DNA of 64,000 nucleotides from an uncultured Bifidobacterium sp. (GCA_964503445.1 CAZCZM010000003.1:869-64868); one strand, 5' to 3'; shown: positions 1 through 10,237, counted from the first letter of the stretch. A program made the numbers and translations. Notes: generated from the letters alone by a model not told the origin.

Positions 1-222
1 GGCCTCGCGGCAATTGTCGGTGGAGCAGTGGGCAATGTTGTCGATCGCGTGTTTCGGGGAGATGGGTGGTTGCACGGGAAAGTGGTCGACTTCATCGACT
101 TGCAGTGGTTTCCCGTCTTTAATGTTGCAGATTCAAGCATCACGATTGGAGCGTGTCTCATGCTCTTCGGTGTGTGGAAAGAATTCGTTGATCAGAAGAA
201 AGTTGCACCAGAGTCGCAATGA
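1..222 (+). CDS. lspA: lipoprotein signal peptidase (signal peptidase II), 3' fragment; 5' end outside the window
   Basis: Frame 1 is open from nt 1. The translation ..[38 protein letters not shown] carries the conserved C-terminal LspA FNVAD catalytic-Asp block. TGA 220-222 overlaps the next ATG (ATGA). Confidence 0.85.
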   Translation, partial: GLAAIVGGAVGNVVDRVFRGDGWLHGKVVDFIDLQWFPVFNVADSSITIGACLMLFGVWKEFVDQKKVAPESQ

Positions 223-1154
223 AAGTGGAAGAAGTTGTTCCTAGCGCTCTAGATGGTGAACGCATTGATCGCATTGTGTCGATCATTGCCGATATCTCGC
301 GTTCCGAGGCAGCCACATTGATTGCCGATGGTGGAGCTGAAGTAGATGGTGTGCCTGTTGTATCGGGAAAGCCGCGCTTGAAAGAGGGTCAGGTTGTGGT
401 GGTCGATCTGGAAAAAATTCCAGTGGAGAAATTGCCAGGACCAGATCCGTCAGTGGAGTTGTCGGTGGTGCACGTCGATGACGACATCATCGTCATTAAT
501 AAGAGTGCAGGCATGGTGGTTCACCCTGCCTCACAACACGGAACCGGAACAGTGGTCAATGGCATCCTTGCGCTGTATCCCGAAGTGGCGTCCGTTGGTC
601 AACCGGCACGACCCGGAATTGTGCATCGTCTCGATTCGGGGACAACAGGAATGATGGTGGTGGCGCGATCACAACGTGCATACGACTCTTTGGTTGAAGC
701 GTTGTCTGAACATGAAGTAGGTCGCCAATACATTGCTCTGGCGTGGGGTCATTTCGATTCGCTCACAGCAACAGTCGATGCACCAATTGGGCGTCATCCG
801 CGAGACCCCATGAAGATGGCTGTGGTCACGAACGGCAAATGGGCGCGCACACACCTGGAAGTGATCGATTCATTCGTTGAACCTGCGGCGGTATCGGTTG
901 TGCAGTGCACACTGGAAACTGGTCGTACTCATCAGATTCGTGTGCATCTTGCTGCGGTGGGTCATCCCGTTGTGGGAGATGCCACGTATGGTGGGGCTAA
1001 ATCGGCGATTCGCGCATCACGCCCTATGTTGCATGCTCAACGGCTTACGTTGATACATCCGTCAACAGGCGAAGAAATGTCGTGGGAAGCGCCCATTCCT
1101 CATGACATGGCACTCATCATGAGCCAATGTGTGCGTGCTAGTACAACTGACTAG
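219..1154 (+). CDS. rluD: 23S rRNA pseudouridine synthase, RluA/RluD family
   Basis: 311-aa ORF with an S4-like N-terminus and an RluA-family core including the HRLDSGTTG catalytic-Asp motif and [10 protein letters not shown]. The lspA-rluD pairing is typical of bacteria. Confidence 0.9.
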   Translation: MKVEEVVPSALDGERIDRIVSIIADISRSEAATLIADGGAEVDGVPVVSGKPRLKEGQVVVVDLEKIPVEKLPGPDPSVELSVVHVDDDIIVINKSAGMVVHPASQHGTGTVVNGILALYPEVASVGQPARPGIVHRLDSGTTGMMVVARSQRAYDSLVEALSEHEVGRQYIALAWGHFDSLTATVDAPIGRHPRDPMKMAVVTNGKWARTHLEVIDSFVEPAAVSVVQCTLETGRTHQIRVHLAAVGHPVVGDATYGGAKSAIRASRPMLHAQRLTLIHPSTGEEMSWEAPIPHDMALIMSQCVRASTTD

Positions 1155-1609
1155 TGCGAATGATGTGGGTCGGTTTTGGGCCATGGGCCCGTCCCAGTAG
1201 CCGCCTGTGCAATTGACTCAAGCGTGTATGCGTCTAGGTGCTCTTTCATGTGTTGTCCCGCAACATCCCAAATGGCTAACAACACACATTGACCCTCGTG
1301 GTCACACGAACCGTCTTGATGTGGTTGACCAAAATCCCCCAAGGTGATGGGTCCATCAACGGCAGAAATGATGTCTGACAACTTGATGTCGTGGGGTGGT
1401 TTGGCAAGGACATAGCCGCCACCCACGCCACGCTTTGAGCGCACAAGGCCGGCGCCTTTCAGCGCCAGCAGAATTTGTTCCAAGTACGGCTGGGGGAGAC
1501 CCGTGCGTTCGGCAATGTCGCGAACAGACGTGGGGCCAGCATCGTTGGCGTGCAAGGTGAGAGACAAAAGGGCCCGACAGGCATAGTCACCTCGCGTAGA
1601 AACTCGCAC
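1151..1609 (-). CDS. Rrf2 family transcriptional regulator (IscR/NsrR-like)
   Basis: Has an RVSTRGDYACRALL N-terminus and the wHTH RDIAERTGLPQPYLEQILLALKGAGLVRSKRGVGGGY. The ORF track starts at GTG 1615. I prefer the in-frame GTG 1609 because TACGAT lies exactly 6 nt upstream, giving leaderless geometry and a canonical family N-terminus. Its stop overlaps the rluD stop (CTAG). Confidence 0.85.
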   Translation of the reverse strand: MRVSTRGDYACRALLSLTLHANDAGPTSVRDIAERTGLPQPYLEQILLALKGAGLVRSKRGVGGGYVLAKPPHDIKLSDIISAVDGPITLGDFGQPHQDGSCDHEGQCVLLAIWDVAGQHMKEHLDAYTLESIAQAATGTGPWPKTDPHHSH

Positions 1610-1615
1610 GACCAC

Positions 1616-1621
1616 ATCGTA
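1616..1621 (-). promoter_or_regulatory. candidate -10 hexamer TACGAT for leaderless Rrf2 mRNA
   Basis: The minus-strand sequence reads CCTACGAT-gtggtc-GTG(1609). It fits TANNNT with a 6-nt spacer to the start codon. Confidence 0.4.
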
Positions 1622-1638
1622 GGTGCTGAACTAGGGGA

Positions 1639-2745
1639 GTGAGTGTTCCATCGCCCGTTCTGCCCAACTATTCGGGCGGATGTCTGTCCAATGTCATCCC
1701 CGTGTTATGCGACCCGCGTGGGCGAAATGCTGTGCCCACGTGGATGCCTCAGGTGGTGGGTGAAGTTCAGCGAGTAGTGGTGTTGTTGGTAGACGGTCTC
1801 GGCTGGAATCAGTTGCAGAGCCATCGCGAGCACATGCCGACATTGTCATCGTTTGAAGGCGGTCACATCACATCAATTGCCCCGTCCACAACAGCCACGG
1901 CGTTGACGTCGTTTGTGACGGGACTCTCTCCTGGTGAACACGGAATCATTGGCTATCGCATGGACATGGGGAACACTGTCATGAATGTTCTGCGCTGGGG
2001 TGATGAAACTGGTGATCTGCGACATGCGTTTCCTCCCGAAATCACCCAGCCCTGCCCACCATTTCTGGGGCTCAGCGTTCCTGTTCTCAGTAAAGCCGAG
2101 TTAGAAGGATCTGGTTTCACCCGTGCTCATTTAGCGGGTGTCAAGCACATGGGTTGGAGAGCTGCAAGCAGTATTCCTGTCTTGGTGCGCGATGCGTTGA
2201 ACAGAGGAGAAGACTTGGTGTACGCCTATTACGACGGCGTCGACAAGATTGCTCATGAGCGAGGATTCGGTGATTTCTATTCTGCAGAACTTCGAGCTGC
2301 CGACGCATTGATTGCTGACATCTTGTCAGTGTTGCCATCAGACACAGTTCTTCTTGTGACAGCCGATCATGGGCAGGTGCATGTTGGTGACAACACCATT
2401 ATTCCCACGCCTGATGTTCTGGAACATGTGCGGCACCAATCAGGCGAGGGACGTTTTCGCTGGTTGCATGCACGACGTGGGCGTGAGTCCGCTCTGTATG
2501 ACGCTGCACGTGCGTACAACGATGTCGCGTGGGTAGTCACTCGTGAACAAGTGCGTGACGAACAATGGTTTGGTCCCCGCATTGCCGAGCCAATACTTCG
2601 ACGCATGGGAGACGTAGCCCTAGTTGCTCGAGAACCGGTCAGTTTTGACGAACCTTTGGACGGCGGAGCATTCGACCTGGTGTGTCGCCATGGTTCTCTC
2701 ACGGCCGACGAAATGTTGGTACCACTGCTGGCTCGGCGACCATAA
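1639..2745 (+). CDS. alkaline phosphatase superfamily protein (nucleotide pyrophosphatase/phosphodiesterase or PglZ-like)
   Basis: Carries the metal and nucleophile motifs of the AlkP superfamily: VVLLVDGLGWNQL, SIAPSTTATA (Thr nucleophile region), YDGVDKIAHERG and LLVTADHGQ. The start (GTG 1639) is uncertain because no good SD or -10 is visible. Confidence 0.7.
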   Translation: MSVPSPVLPNYSGGCLSNVIPVLCDPRGRNAVPTWMPQVVGEVQRVVVLLVDGLGWNQLQSHREHMPTLSSFEGGHITSIAPSTTATALTSFVTGLSPGEHGIIGYRMDMGNTVMNVLRWGDETGDLRHAFPPEITQPCPPFLGLSVPVLSKAELEGSGFTRAHLAGVKHMGWRAASSIPVLVRDALNRGEDLVYAYYDGVDKIAHERGFGDFYSAELRAADALIADILSVLPSDTVLLVTADHGQVHVGDNTIIPTPDVLEHVRHQSGEGRFRWLHARRGRESALYDAARAYNDVAWVVTREQVRDEQWFGPRIAEPILRRMGDVALVAREPVSFDEPLDGGAFDLVCRHGSLTADEMLVPLLARRP

Positions 2746-2841
2746 CCAGAGCATTTCCACAATTTCAGCCGAGTGGGGCTGTGGATAGCGAGACACAGTG
2801 ATGTTTGGTGAGGCCCAGATCACAACTATGAACCTCCCACT

Positions 2842-2850
2842 TGGCAGAAT
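2842..2850 (+). promoter_or_regulatory. candidate extended -10 (TGGCAGAAT) for leaderless bpa mRNA
   Basis: A TGn-CAGAAT element ends 6 nt before GTG 2857. The purine run GGGAAGG abuts the start codon, so it cannot act as an SD. Confidence 0.4.
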
Positions 2851-2856
2851 GGGAAG

Positions 2857-3342
2857 GTGACTGACAACAACGAACCTCCCACGCTCATTACCGGCGCTGA
2901 AGTGGTTGATTCAGTGTCTGGTTCTGCGGCCGAAGCGCCTGCAACAGAAAGCGTGACCGAACCAGCAAAGGTCATGCGAATTGGGTCCATGGTGCGTCAA
3001 CTTCTTGAAGAAGTTCGCGGAACGCAAATGGACGAAGCAAGTCGTGAGCGTCTCGCAGAAATTTACGAACGTTCCATCGTTGAAATTTCCAATGCACTAT
3101 CGCCTGATCTCGTCGAAGAACTGCACATGCTGGCCTTGCCATTTAAAGACGGTGAAGTTCCAAGCGAGGGCGAGTTGCGCGTTGCGAAAGCCCAGTTGGT
3201 CGGATGGCTCGAAGGCCTGTTCCACGGTATTCAAGCCACGTTGTTTGCTCAGCAACTTGCAGCGCGCCAACAAATCGAACAAATGCGTCAGATTCCACCA
3301 AGTGGTCCCACCTCCGGTGGCCCTGGCGGAACCTACTTGTAA
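2857..3342 (+). CDS. bpa: bacterial proteasome activator (Bpa/PafE, DUF2587 family)
   Basis: The core AKVMRIGSMVRQLLEEVR..LPF..VPSEGELRVAKAQLVGWLEGLFHGIQATLFAQQ closely matches my recollection of Mtb Rv3780. The disordered Gly/Pro tail ends in GTYL, versus GQYL in Mtb. Confidence 0.8.
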   Translation: MTDNNEPPTLITGAEVVDSVSGSAAEAPATESVTEPAKVMRIGSMVRQLLEEVRGTQMDEASRERLAEIYERSIVEISNALSPDLVEELHMLALPFKDGEVPSEGELRVAKAQLVGWLEGLFHGIQATLFAQQLAARQQIEQMRQIPPSGPTSGGPGGTYL

Positions 3343-3373
3343 CTCTGCACTATCTCACGAAAGGAGCACTCCT

Positions 3374-6300
3374 GTGTCATCGTCATTCACGCATCTTCAT
3401 GTTCACACAGAGTTCTCCATGTTGGATGGTGCGGCGCGTCTCGATGAACTGGTGTCAAAAGCTGTTCAAGACGGACAGCCTGCGCTCGGCATCACCGACC
3501 ACGGAAACATGTACGGCGTTATCGACTTTTACAAAGAATGTCGTAAGCAGGGAATCAAACCCATCATCGGCACCGAGGCCTACATGGCTCACGATCATCG
3601 CACCGAGCGAATTGCACGTCGCGGTCGCATGGATGACAACGGCGGCTCTGACGAAGGTGGGCGGAAGCAGTATTACCACCTCACGCTTCTTGCAGAAAAC
3701 AACGAGGGCTACAAGAACCTCATCAAATTGTCCAGCTATGCATTCCTCGAGGGGTATCACTACAAGCCACGTGTTGACTGGGAACTTCTCGAACGTCACT
3801 CATCGGGTCTCATTGCAACCACTGGGTGTTTGGGCGGGCATGTGTTGCAGTCACTGCTCAACGGTGATCAAAAAGGTGCCATAGAAAAAGCCGGGCGACT
3901 GCAAGAAATTTTCGGGAAAGACAATCTGTTTGTCGAGTTGCAAAACCATGGCATTGCCGATCAATTGCGCACTAACCCCATGCTGGTGGAAATCGCAGAA
4001 AAAATTGGTGCGCCGCTCTTGGCAACCAATGATTCGCACTACGTCAATCAAGATGACCATGAAGCACACGATGCTCTTTTATGCGTTCAGACGGGCGCAT
4101 TTATGCGTGACCAAGATCGTTTTCGGTTTGAAGGAACCGAGCACTATCTGAAGTCAGCAGAAGAAATGCGTTATCTGTGGCGCGAACTTCCTTCAAGTTG
4201 TGACAACACGTTGTGGATTGCTGAACGTGCTGATGTCAATATCGAACTTGGTTCATACAAACTGCCTGTCTTCGATGTGCCTGCAGAATTTGCTGACGAC
4301 AAGGAATACCTCGAACACCTCACGTGGAAGGGTGCAGAGATGCGGTGGGGGTCGCCTTTGCCGCCTCCCGTGGTGGAACGAGTCGCGTACGAACTGGGAG
4401 TCATTAAGCAAATGGGGTTCAGTTCGTATTTCCTCATTGTGTGGGACCTCATCAAGCACGCCAAAGACTCGGGTATTCGTGTTGGTCCCGGTCGTGGCTC
4501 TGCAGCAGGGTGTGCAGTGGCATATTGCTTACGTATTACCGAGCTTGACCCGTTGAAGTATGACCTTCTCTTCGAACGGTTCCTGAACCCCGACCGCGTG
4601 AGCATGCCCGATATCGACATGGACTTTGACTCCCGGTATCGCGATCACATGATTCGTTATGCGGCTGAACGTTATGGCCGCGATCATGTGGCCCAGATCA
4701 TCACCTTTGCCACCATTAAGGCGCGAAATGCTGTGCGCGATGCTGCACGCGTCTTGGGCCATGAATACGCCGTGGGTGACACCATTGCCAAATTGATGCC
4801 ACCACTTATTCAGGGGCGAGACACACCGTTGGCGGCATGTCTTGAATTCGATCCCAAGTTTGCGGATGGTTTCCGTGAGGCTCAAGCGTTACGTGATCTT
4901 GTTGAGCGTGACGAAGTGGCGGCAAAGGTGGTCGATGTTGCGCGAGGTCTTGAAGGTCTGAAACGGTCCGATGGCATTCACGCGGCTGCAGTGGTAATTA
5001 CGCCTGAACCACTCATGGAGTATCTGCCAATTCAACGAAAGCCATCTGGCGATCTCAAAGTGGACGATGCGCCCATCGTGACGCAGTACGAAATGCACGC
5101 CGTCGAAGATCTTGGTCTTTTGAAGATGGACTTCCTTGGTTTGCGAAACCTCGACGTCATCACCGATACGGTCAACATGATTCATCGTCAGTGCGATCCC
5201 GCATTCGATATCGACAATGTTCCGCTGGACGATGCCGCAACATTCGAATTGTTGGGTCGGGGAGACACCATCGGAATCTTTCAGTTGGAATCTCCGCCCA
5301 TGCGCGCCTTGCTGAAGTCGATGAAGCCCACATCGTTCGAGGATGTGAGTGCCGTATTGGCTCTGTACCGACCAGGTCCCATGAGTGCGAATATGCACAA
5401 TGACTACGCCGACTACAAGAATCAACGCAAGACGCCTGAATATTTTCATCCTGAGGCGCAAGATTTGTTGCACGACACGTATGGACTCATGGTGTACCAG
5501 GAAAGCATGATGCGTGTTGCGCAAAAGTTTGCTGGATACTCACTGGCTCAAGCGGACAACTTGCGAAAAGCGTGCGGCAAAAAAGATCCCGTTGCAATGG
5601 AAAAAGAAGAGTCGGTGTTCGTTGATGGTTGCGAACGAACGGGCTACGGACGTGAATTAGGCGAATCTCTTTTTGCTGTCATCAAAAAGTTCGCTGACTA
5701 TGCGTTTAACAAGAGCCATACGTTCGGATACGGACTCATTTCGTATCAAACCGCATACCTCAAGGCCCATTTTCCGGTGGAGTACTCCGCCTGCTTGTTG
5801 TCGTCAGTGAAAGGTAACTACGACAAAGCTGCGGTGCATTTGGCTGACTGTCGGGCCATGGGAATCACAGTGTCGACGCCAGACATCAATGCCGGACGCT
5901 CCGAGTTCGAGGCAATTTCTACTCCCGACGAAAAACGAATTGTCTTCGCGTTGTCAGCAGTGCGAAATGTTGGTGAAGGTCTAGTTGCCCTCATCACCGA
6001 AGAGCGTGACGCCAATGGCCCGTTCACATCCTTCCATGACTTTGCCCGACGCGTTCCCGAACAAGCGCTCAACAAGCGAGCGGTTGAATCGCTCATCAAG
6101 GCAGGTGCGTTCGACTCGCTCGGTCATCCACGTCGTGGACTGCTCATGTCGTATGAATCCATTGTGGACGATGCCCTCGTCAAGCGGCGCGAAGAAGAAA
6201 AAGGCGTCATGTCTTTGTTCGGCGAGCTTGATACTGCAGATACGGGCGGATGGTCATCCGAAATCGCAGTGCCCGATGTCCACTTTTCAAAGACCGACCA

Positions 6301-6901
6301 GCTTCGTCACGAAAAAGACATGCTCGGTTTGTATATCTCTGATCATCCACTTCGCGGCGTTGAAACAGCGTTACGCAGGCTCACAACAAGTTCTATTCGC
6401 GATCTTGAAACTCGCGAAGCAGGAAACGTCACCATTGGTGGTGTGGTGTCGGCGCTCAATCGTCGTTTCACCAAGCGCGGTGATCAGATGGCCACATTCA
6501 TGCTCGAAGACATGGACTCAAGCATTGAGGTCACTGTGTTTGCCAAAGTTCTCGCCGAATTCGGTCACCTATTGGCAAACGATGTTGTTGTCACGGTGAC
6601 CGGACGTTTGAACAAGCGCGACGATTCTCCTGCCAGCTTTAGTGCTCAGCGAATCGTGGTTCCTCAAAATCTCGATCAACGAATTCCCGAACTGGTGCTG
6701 TCGCTTCCCGCTGGTTTCACGGCAGAAAAGCTCGACGCCATGAAGGGTGTCATCGCCGAGTTTCCAGGCCTGTCGCCGGTTCGTATTCAGTTGGTCACTG
6801 GCAAGATGTTCGATTTGGGTGCTACAGCCCTTGTTGACATCGATAAAGCAGTGGCGCCATTACGGCTTATTTTTGGCTCTCAATCGGTCAAAATCACCTA
6901 A
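3374..6901 (+). CDS. dnaE: DNA polymerase III alpha subunit (DnaE1)
   Basis: 1175 aa from GTG 3374, preceded by AAGGAG (3361-3366). Has the N-terminal PHP domain FTHLHVHTEFSMLDGA, a Pol III alpha core and a C-terminal OB region. The ORF-track start at 2981 would overlap bpa. Confidence 0.95.
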   Translation: MSSSFTHLHVHTEFSMLDGAARLDELVSKAVQDGQPALGITDHGNMYGVIDFYKECRKQGIKPIIGTEAYMAHDHRTERIARRGRMDDNGGSDEGGRKQYYHLTLLAENNEGYKNLIKLSSYAFLEGYHYKPRVDWELLERHSSGLIATTGCLGGHVLQSLLNGDQKGAIEKAGRLQEIFGKDNLFVELQNHGIADQLRTNPMLVEIAEKIGAPLLATNDSHYVNQDDHEAHDALLCVQTGAFMRDQDRFRFEGTEHYLKSAEEMRYLWRELPSSCDNTLWIAERADVNIELGSYKLPVFDVPAEFADDKEYLEHLTWKGAEMRWGSPLPPPVVERVAYELGVIKQMGFSSYFLIVWDLIKHAKDSGIRVGPGRGSAAGCAVAYCLRITELDPLKYDLLFERFLNPDRVSMPDIDMDFDSRYRDHMIRYAAERYGRDHVAQIITFATIKARNAVRDAARVLGHEYAVGDTIAKLMPPLIQGRDTPLAACLEFDPKFADGFREAQALRDLVERDEVAAKVVDVARGLEGLKRSDGIHAAAVVITPEPLMEYLPIQRKPSGDLKVDDAPIVTQYEMHAVEDLGLLKMDFLGLRNLDVITDTVNMIHRQCDPAFDIDNVPLDDAATFELLGRGDTIGIFQLESPPMRALLKSMKPTSFEDVSAVLALYRPGPMSANMHNDYADYKNQRKTPEYFHPEAQDLLHDTYGLMVYQESMMRVAQKFAGYSLAQADNLRKACGKKDPVAMEKEESVFVDGCERTGYGRELGESLFAVIKKFADYAFNKSHTFGYGLISYQTAYLKAHFPVEYSACLLSSVKGNYDKAAVHLADCRAMGITVSTPDINAGRSEFEAISTPDEKRIVFALSAVRNVGEGLVALITEERDANGPFTSFHDFARRVPEQALNKRAVESLIKAGAFDSLGHPRRGLLMSYESIVDDALVKRREEEKGVMSLFGELDTADTGGWSSEIAVPDVHFSKTDQLRHEKDMLGLYISDHPLRGVETALRRLTTSSIRDLETREAGNVTIGGVVSALNRRFTKRGDQMATFMLEDMDSSIEVTVFAKVLAEFGHLLANDVVVTVTGRLNKRDDSPASFSAQRIVVPQNLDQRIPELVLSLPAGFTAEKLDAMKGVIAEFPGLSPVRIQLVTGKMFDLGATALVDIDKAVAPLRLIFGSQSVKIT

Positions 6902-6936
6902 TTCTGCGCACGGTTTCGGAGTTCAGGGTCTCTAAA

Positions 6937-6945
6937 TGGCAGAAT
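6937..6945 (+). promoter_or_regulatory. candidate extended -10 (TGGCAGAAT), same 9-mer as upstream of bpa
   Basis: The identical 9-mer TGGCAGAAT lies 15 nt upstream of GTG 6961, which would give a short leader of roughly 9 nt. Confidence 0.3.
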
Positions 6946-6960
6946 AGAGATGTTGTCGCG

Positions 6961-7659
6961 GTGCAGGTCACCACTAATCCCAGGGAGCCATTCCGTTTCA
7001 TGCCGTTGGAAGTTGCCACACAGGACTGCAATGCCCTGACCGAAGCACAGATTGAAGAGATGCTGGGCATTGAGGGCGCTTTTGGGCTGGAACAGTTTCA
7101 GAAGGCTGCAGGCGATTGGGTGTTGTGCACACTGGCGCGTGTTGACGGCAAGTTGCACGGAGTCACATTCTCCACTCTCGAGCGAATTGGTGGCACCCCG
7201 TGTGTCTTGATTGGGTTGATGACCATCAAGCGCACGTCAAAGCGAGACTCGGTTCTGAAAGGTCTCATGAGTGAGGCGTACCATCGCGCCCTTATGGCAT
7301 TTCCCGATGAAGATGTGGTTGTCGGAAGTCGATTTGCATCGGCCGATGCTGTAGAGGCCTTCAAGTCTCTCACCGACATCATCCCACGCACAGGTCATCG
7401 TGCAGTGGGCGAGGAACGCGCGTGGGGCAAGCGTCTTGCACGTCGATTCGGAGTCGACGCCAAATACGACGAAAAAACCTTCGTTGTTGCGTCAGATGGC
7501 CAAAGCGGATTTCTCGATTACGAATCTTCAAAGCCCGAGAAGATCTCTGCCGACATCACGTCACTTTTTGCCGATGTCAATCCGAAAAAAGGTGGAGTTC
7601 TCATCTTGCACGGATGGACCATGGCTGAGAGTCTCGTGAAGCTCGGCAAACTGTCGTAA
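6961..7659 (+). CDS. hypothetical protein (no motif recognised)
   Basis: 232-aa ORF in an otherwise empty gap, with coding-like composition. I recognised no family motif. The start could be GTG 6961 or ATG 7000. Confidence 0.5.
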   Translation: MQVTTNPREPFRFMPLEVATQDCNALTEAQIEEMLGIEGAFGLEQFQKAAGDWVLCTLARVDGKLHGVTFSTLERIGGTPCVLIGLMTIKRTSKRDSVLKGLMSEAYHRALMAFPDEDVVVGSRFASADAVEAFKSLTDIIPRTGHRAVGEERAWGKRLARRFGVDAKYDEKTFVVASDGQSGFLDYESSKPEKISADITSLFADVNPKKGGVLILHGWTMAESLVKLGKLS

Positions 7660-7665
7660 GACATC

Positions 7666-8265
7666 GTGGAGTTCTCCGACGTCATTCGCACACGGCGGAT
7701 GACACGTTCATTTCTCTCCACCCCAATTGACCCATTGGTTATCGAGCGCTGCGTTCATGCGGGTATCCGTGCGCCGAGCGCAGGAAAGTCTCATGGATGG
7801 CATCTCATGACATGGGAAGGGTCACGCACCGTTGACTATTGGGATATTGCATTCCCTGTCAACAAACGTGAGGGGTTTGCCTTTCCAGGACTCTTCAATG
7901 CGCCGTTCGTGGCACTTGTTCTTGCTGATCAAGGTGCGTACGTGTCTCGTTACGCCGAACCAGACAAGGCGTCAACTGGGTGGGGTGAGTCTGCCGACAA
8001 GTGGGTTGCACCGTATTGGACGATTGATGCGTCATTCTCGACAATGTCGTTTCTATTGGCAGCCCACAACGAGGGACTTGGTGCATTGTTTTTTGCACAT
8101 GCCCACGAACAACAGTTGCGTACGCATTTTGGTATTCCTGACGATGTTCACATCTTGGGCACACTTGCCTGCGGTTACGCCGATACGTCGGCGTCGTCAC
8201 TGGGGCGAAGTGCTCAGCGCCCGTGGCCAACAGTCAACGATGTCATTCACCGCGGGCATTGGTAG
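7666..8265 (+). CDS. nitroreductase family protein
   Basis: The N-terminal [11 protein letters not shown] (RxxRxF FMN-binding signature) and [13 protein letters not shown] are typical of the NADH oxidase/flavin nitroreductase fold. Confidence 0.8.
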   Translation: MEFSDVIRTRRMTRSFLSTPIDPLVIERCVHAGIRAPSAGKSHGWHLMTWEGSRTVDYWDIAFPVNKREGFAFPGLFNAPFVALVLADQGAYVSRYAEPDKASTGWGESADKWVAPYWTIDASFSTMSFLLAAHNEGLGALFFAHAHEQQLRTHFGIPDDVHILGTLACGYADTSASSLGRSAQRPWPTVNDVIHRGHW

Positions 8266-10237
8266 ACAAACGTTCGCGAAAATCAGACAAGGTCTGAGCG
8301 GGAAGTAAGCATTCGTGTCCACGGCACACATAGGCAACGCCTTCTTGTCGGCCCTCCCACACAGGCGTGTTCAGGGGAGTTCCCCACATCAGAACACTAT
8401 GTGGTCTCCACTGGCTTCGGTACTCGCGCACAAAGTCGGGCATGTGGCCAGGGAGCACTACTTCCACTGATCCATCTGCCAGTAACAGACATGCTGCCAG
8501 TGCATGACAAAAAGCAGATGGTGCAGATGGTGCGACGCGAACGAGGAGACGCAAAGTGTCGATAGCAACGTCTTTCCATTTCATGTCGCCAGTGATGGCA
8601 GACAATCGCAATAGCGCCATTGCCGCAACTGAATTAGATGAGGCAGTGGCGTTATCCATTAGATCTTTTTGTCGCACGATGAGTTGTTGAGATGTGTGAG
8701 CAACAGTAAAGAATCCGCCGTTCTCGTCGTCCCAATATTGGCTGTGTAATTGGTGTGCGGTGTTTTCAGCGACCGTGAGCCATTGCGAATCTCCGGTTAA
8801 TTCGTACACACGAATCATGGCGTCGACCACATGCGCCAAATCATGTGCCAACGCGTCATGTCGCGCTTGTGGATTGGCTTCGGATTGCCAACTGCGTTTC
8901 CATTGCCCGTTGGTGTCTCGCAAATGCGTGACAAGGAATGTTGCATTGCGGACGACAGCCGATGTGATGTCGTCTGATTCAAATGCGCTCGCCACTTCGC
9001 AGAGAGACGAGAGCATCATTGCGTTCCATTCCAACAAAATTTTGTTGTCGAGGCCCGGTCGTGGCCGTTGAGCGCGATGATTCGCCAACAGCTCGCGCCA
9101 GTTCTCTTGTTGATGAGTGCGAATGATGTCGCCTGGGGTGGCTAAACGGTTGGGAATTGAACGGCCTTCAAAGTTTCCGGTCTCAGTGATATCCCAATAT
9201 GCACATGCGTCGTCAGCATTGCCCCCCAAAACCTCATGCACTTCTTTGGGTGTCCAGGTGTAAAACGCGCCTTCTTCGGAATGTCCATGAGCATCTAGCG
9301 AGTCGGCATCTTCAGCGCTGTAAAAACCACCATCAGGGTGAGTCATGTCGCGAATGATGTAGGTCACGATTTCGCGCACAATTTGCGCATCACGCTCTTG
9401 TCCCTGTAGCTGCCACATGTGTAAATAAACACGCACAAGAAGTGCCTGGTCGTACAGCATCTTCTCGAAGTGGGGGACTAACCATTGTTGGTCAACGGAA
9501 TATCGGGCGAAGCCACCACCAAGTTGGTCATACATTCCACCCGCTGCCATTGCGTCCAGTGAAGTGCGCACCATGTCAACAAGGTCAGAGTCTCCGTTCA
9601 GCAAACTGACCCGCAACAAAGCATCAAGTCCGAAGGTGGAGGGAAACTTGGGAGCAGATCCGAATCCACCCCACGTGGAATCAAATGATGATTTCAATGC
9701 TCCGACGGTGACCGATACCAATTCTTGAGCATTGATGACGTCTGCAGGTGCAACATGGGCTGTGCGACCAATTGCTTCGACCAAAGCATCGACATTCTGT
9801 TGAAGTTCATCTCGGCGGTTCCGCCATGCATCGTCAACAGCCTCCATCAGTTTGATGAACGTGTCACGGGGATAGTACGTGCCGCCGTAGAACGGATGTC
9901 CATCTGGCGTGCAAAACACGGTCATCGGCCAGCCGCCTCGACCAGTAAGCGCTTGCACTGCATCCATGTACACCGCGTCCACATCTGGTCGTTCTTCTCG
10001 GTCAACCTTCACGTTGACAAAGAGTGAGTTCATGACCTGAGCGGTTGCAGGGTCTTCAAAACTTTCATGAGCCATGACATGGCACCAGTGGCATGCCGAG
10101 TAACCCACTGACAACAAGATGGGTTTGCCCGTGCGACGTGCTTCATCAAAAGCGTCTTCGCCCCACTGAAACCAGTCAACTGGATTGTCTTTGTGTTGTT
10201 GCAGGTATGGAGACGATGCGTCAGCGAGGCGATTCAC
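8243..10237 (-). CDS. thioredoxin-domain protein, YyaL/DUF255 (SSP411-like) family
   Basis: The N-terminus [59 protein letters not shown] is the DUF255 signature, followed by a long alpha/alpha-toroid-like region. Confidence 0.85.
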   Translation of the reverse strand: MNRLADASSPYLQQHKDNPVDWFQWGEDAFDEARRTGKPILLSVGYSACHWCHVMAHESFEDPATAQVMNSLFVNVKVDREERPDVDAVYMDAVQALTGRGGWPMTVFCTPDGHPFYGGTYYPRDTFIKLMEAVDDAWRNRRDELQQNVDALVEAIGRTAHVAPADVINAQELVSVTVGALKSSFDSTWGGFGSAPKFPSTFGLDALLRVSLLNGDSDLVDMVRTSLDAMAAGGMYDQLGGGFARYSVDQQWLVPHFEKMLYDQALLVRVYLHMWQLQGQERDAQIVREIVTYIIRDMTHPDGGFYSAEDADSLDAHGHSEEGAFYTWTPKEVHEVLGGNADDACAYWDITETGNFEGRSIPNRLATPGDIIRTHQQENWRELLANHRAQRPRPGLDNKILLEWNAMMLSSLCEVASAFESDDITSAVVRNATFLVTHLRDTNGQWKRSWQSEANPQARHDALAHDLAHVVDAMIRVYELTGDSQWLTVAENTAHQLHSQYWDDENGGFFTVAHTSQQLIVRQKDLMDNATASSNSVAAMALLRLSAITGDMKWKDVAIDTLRLLVRVAPSAPSAFCHALAACLLLADGSVEVVLPGHMPDFVREYRSQWRPHSVLMWGTPLNTPVWEGRQEGVAYVCRGHECLLPAQTLSDFRERLSTNARGE

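Noticed and set aside
2831-2855. An imperfect hairpin, CCTCCCA...TGGGAAGG, that could sequester an SD upstream of bpa.
   Set aside because: The purine run abuts the GTG with zero spacing, so it is not a functional SD. The extended -10 inside the loop predicts the transcript starts at the GTG, so the hairpin would not be transcribed.
2981-3373. The ORF track extends dnaE 131 codons upstream (start 2981), overlapping bpa.
   Set aside because: The extension overlaps bpa, which has clear family similarity, in another frame. It has no Pol III similarity. A strong AAGGAG-N7-GTG at 3374 gives the canonical PHP-domain N-terminus (FTHLHVHTEFS).
6950-7039. A 29-codon ORF (MLSRCRSPLIPGSHSVSCRWKLPHRTAMP) whose ATG lies 4 nt after the TGGCAGAAT element. 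I considered it as a possible leaderless small protein.
   Set aside because: It is out of frame with, and fully overlapped by, the 232-aa ORF. The spacing to the -10 is too short, and the sequence looks non-protein-like. There is no independent support.
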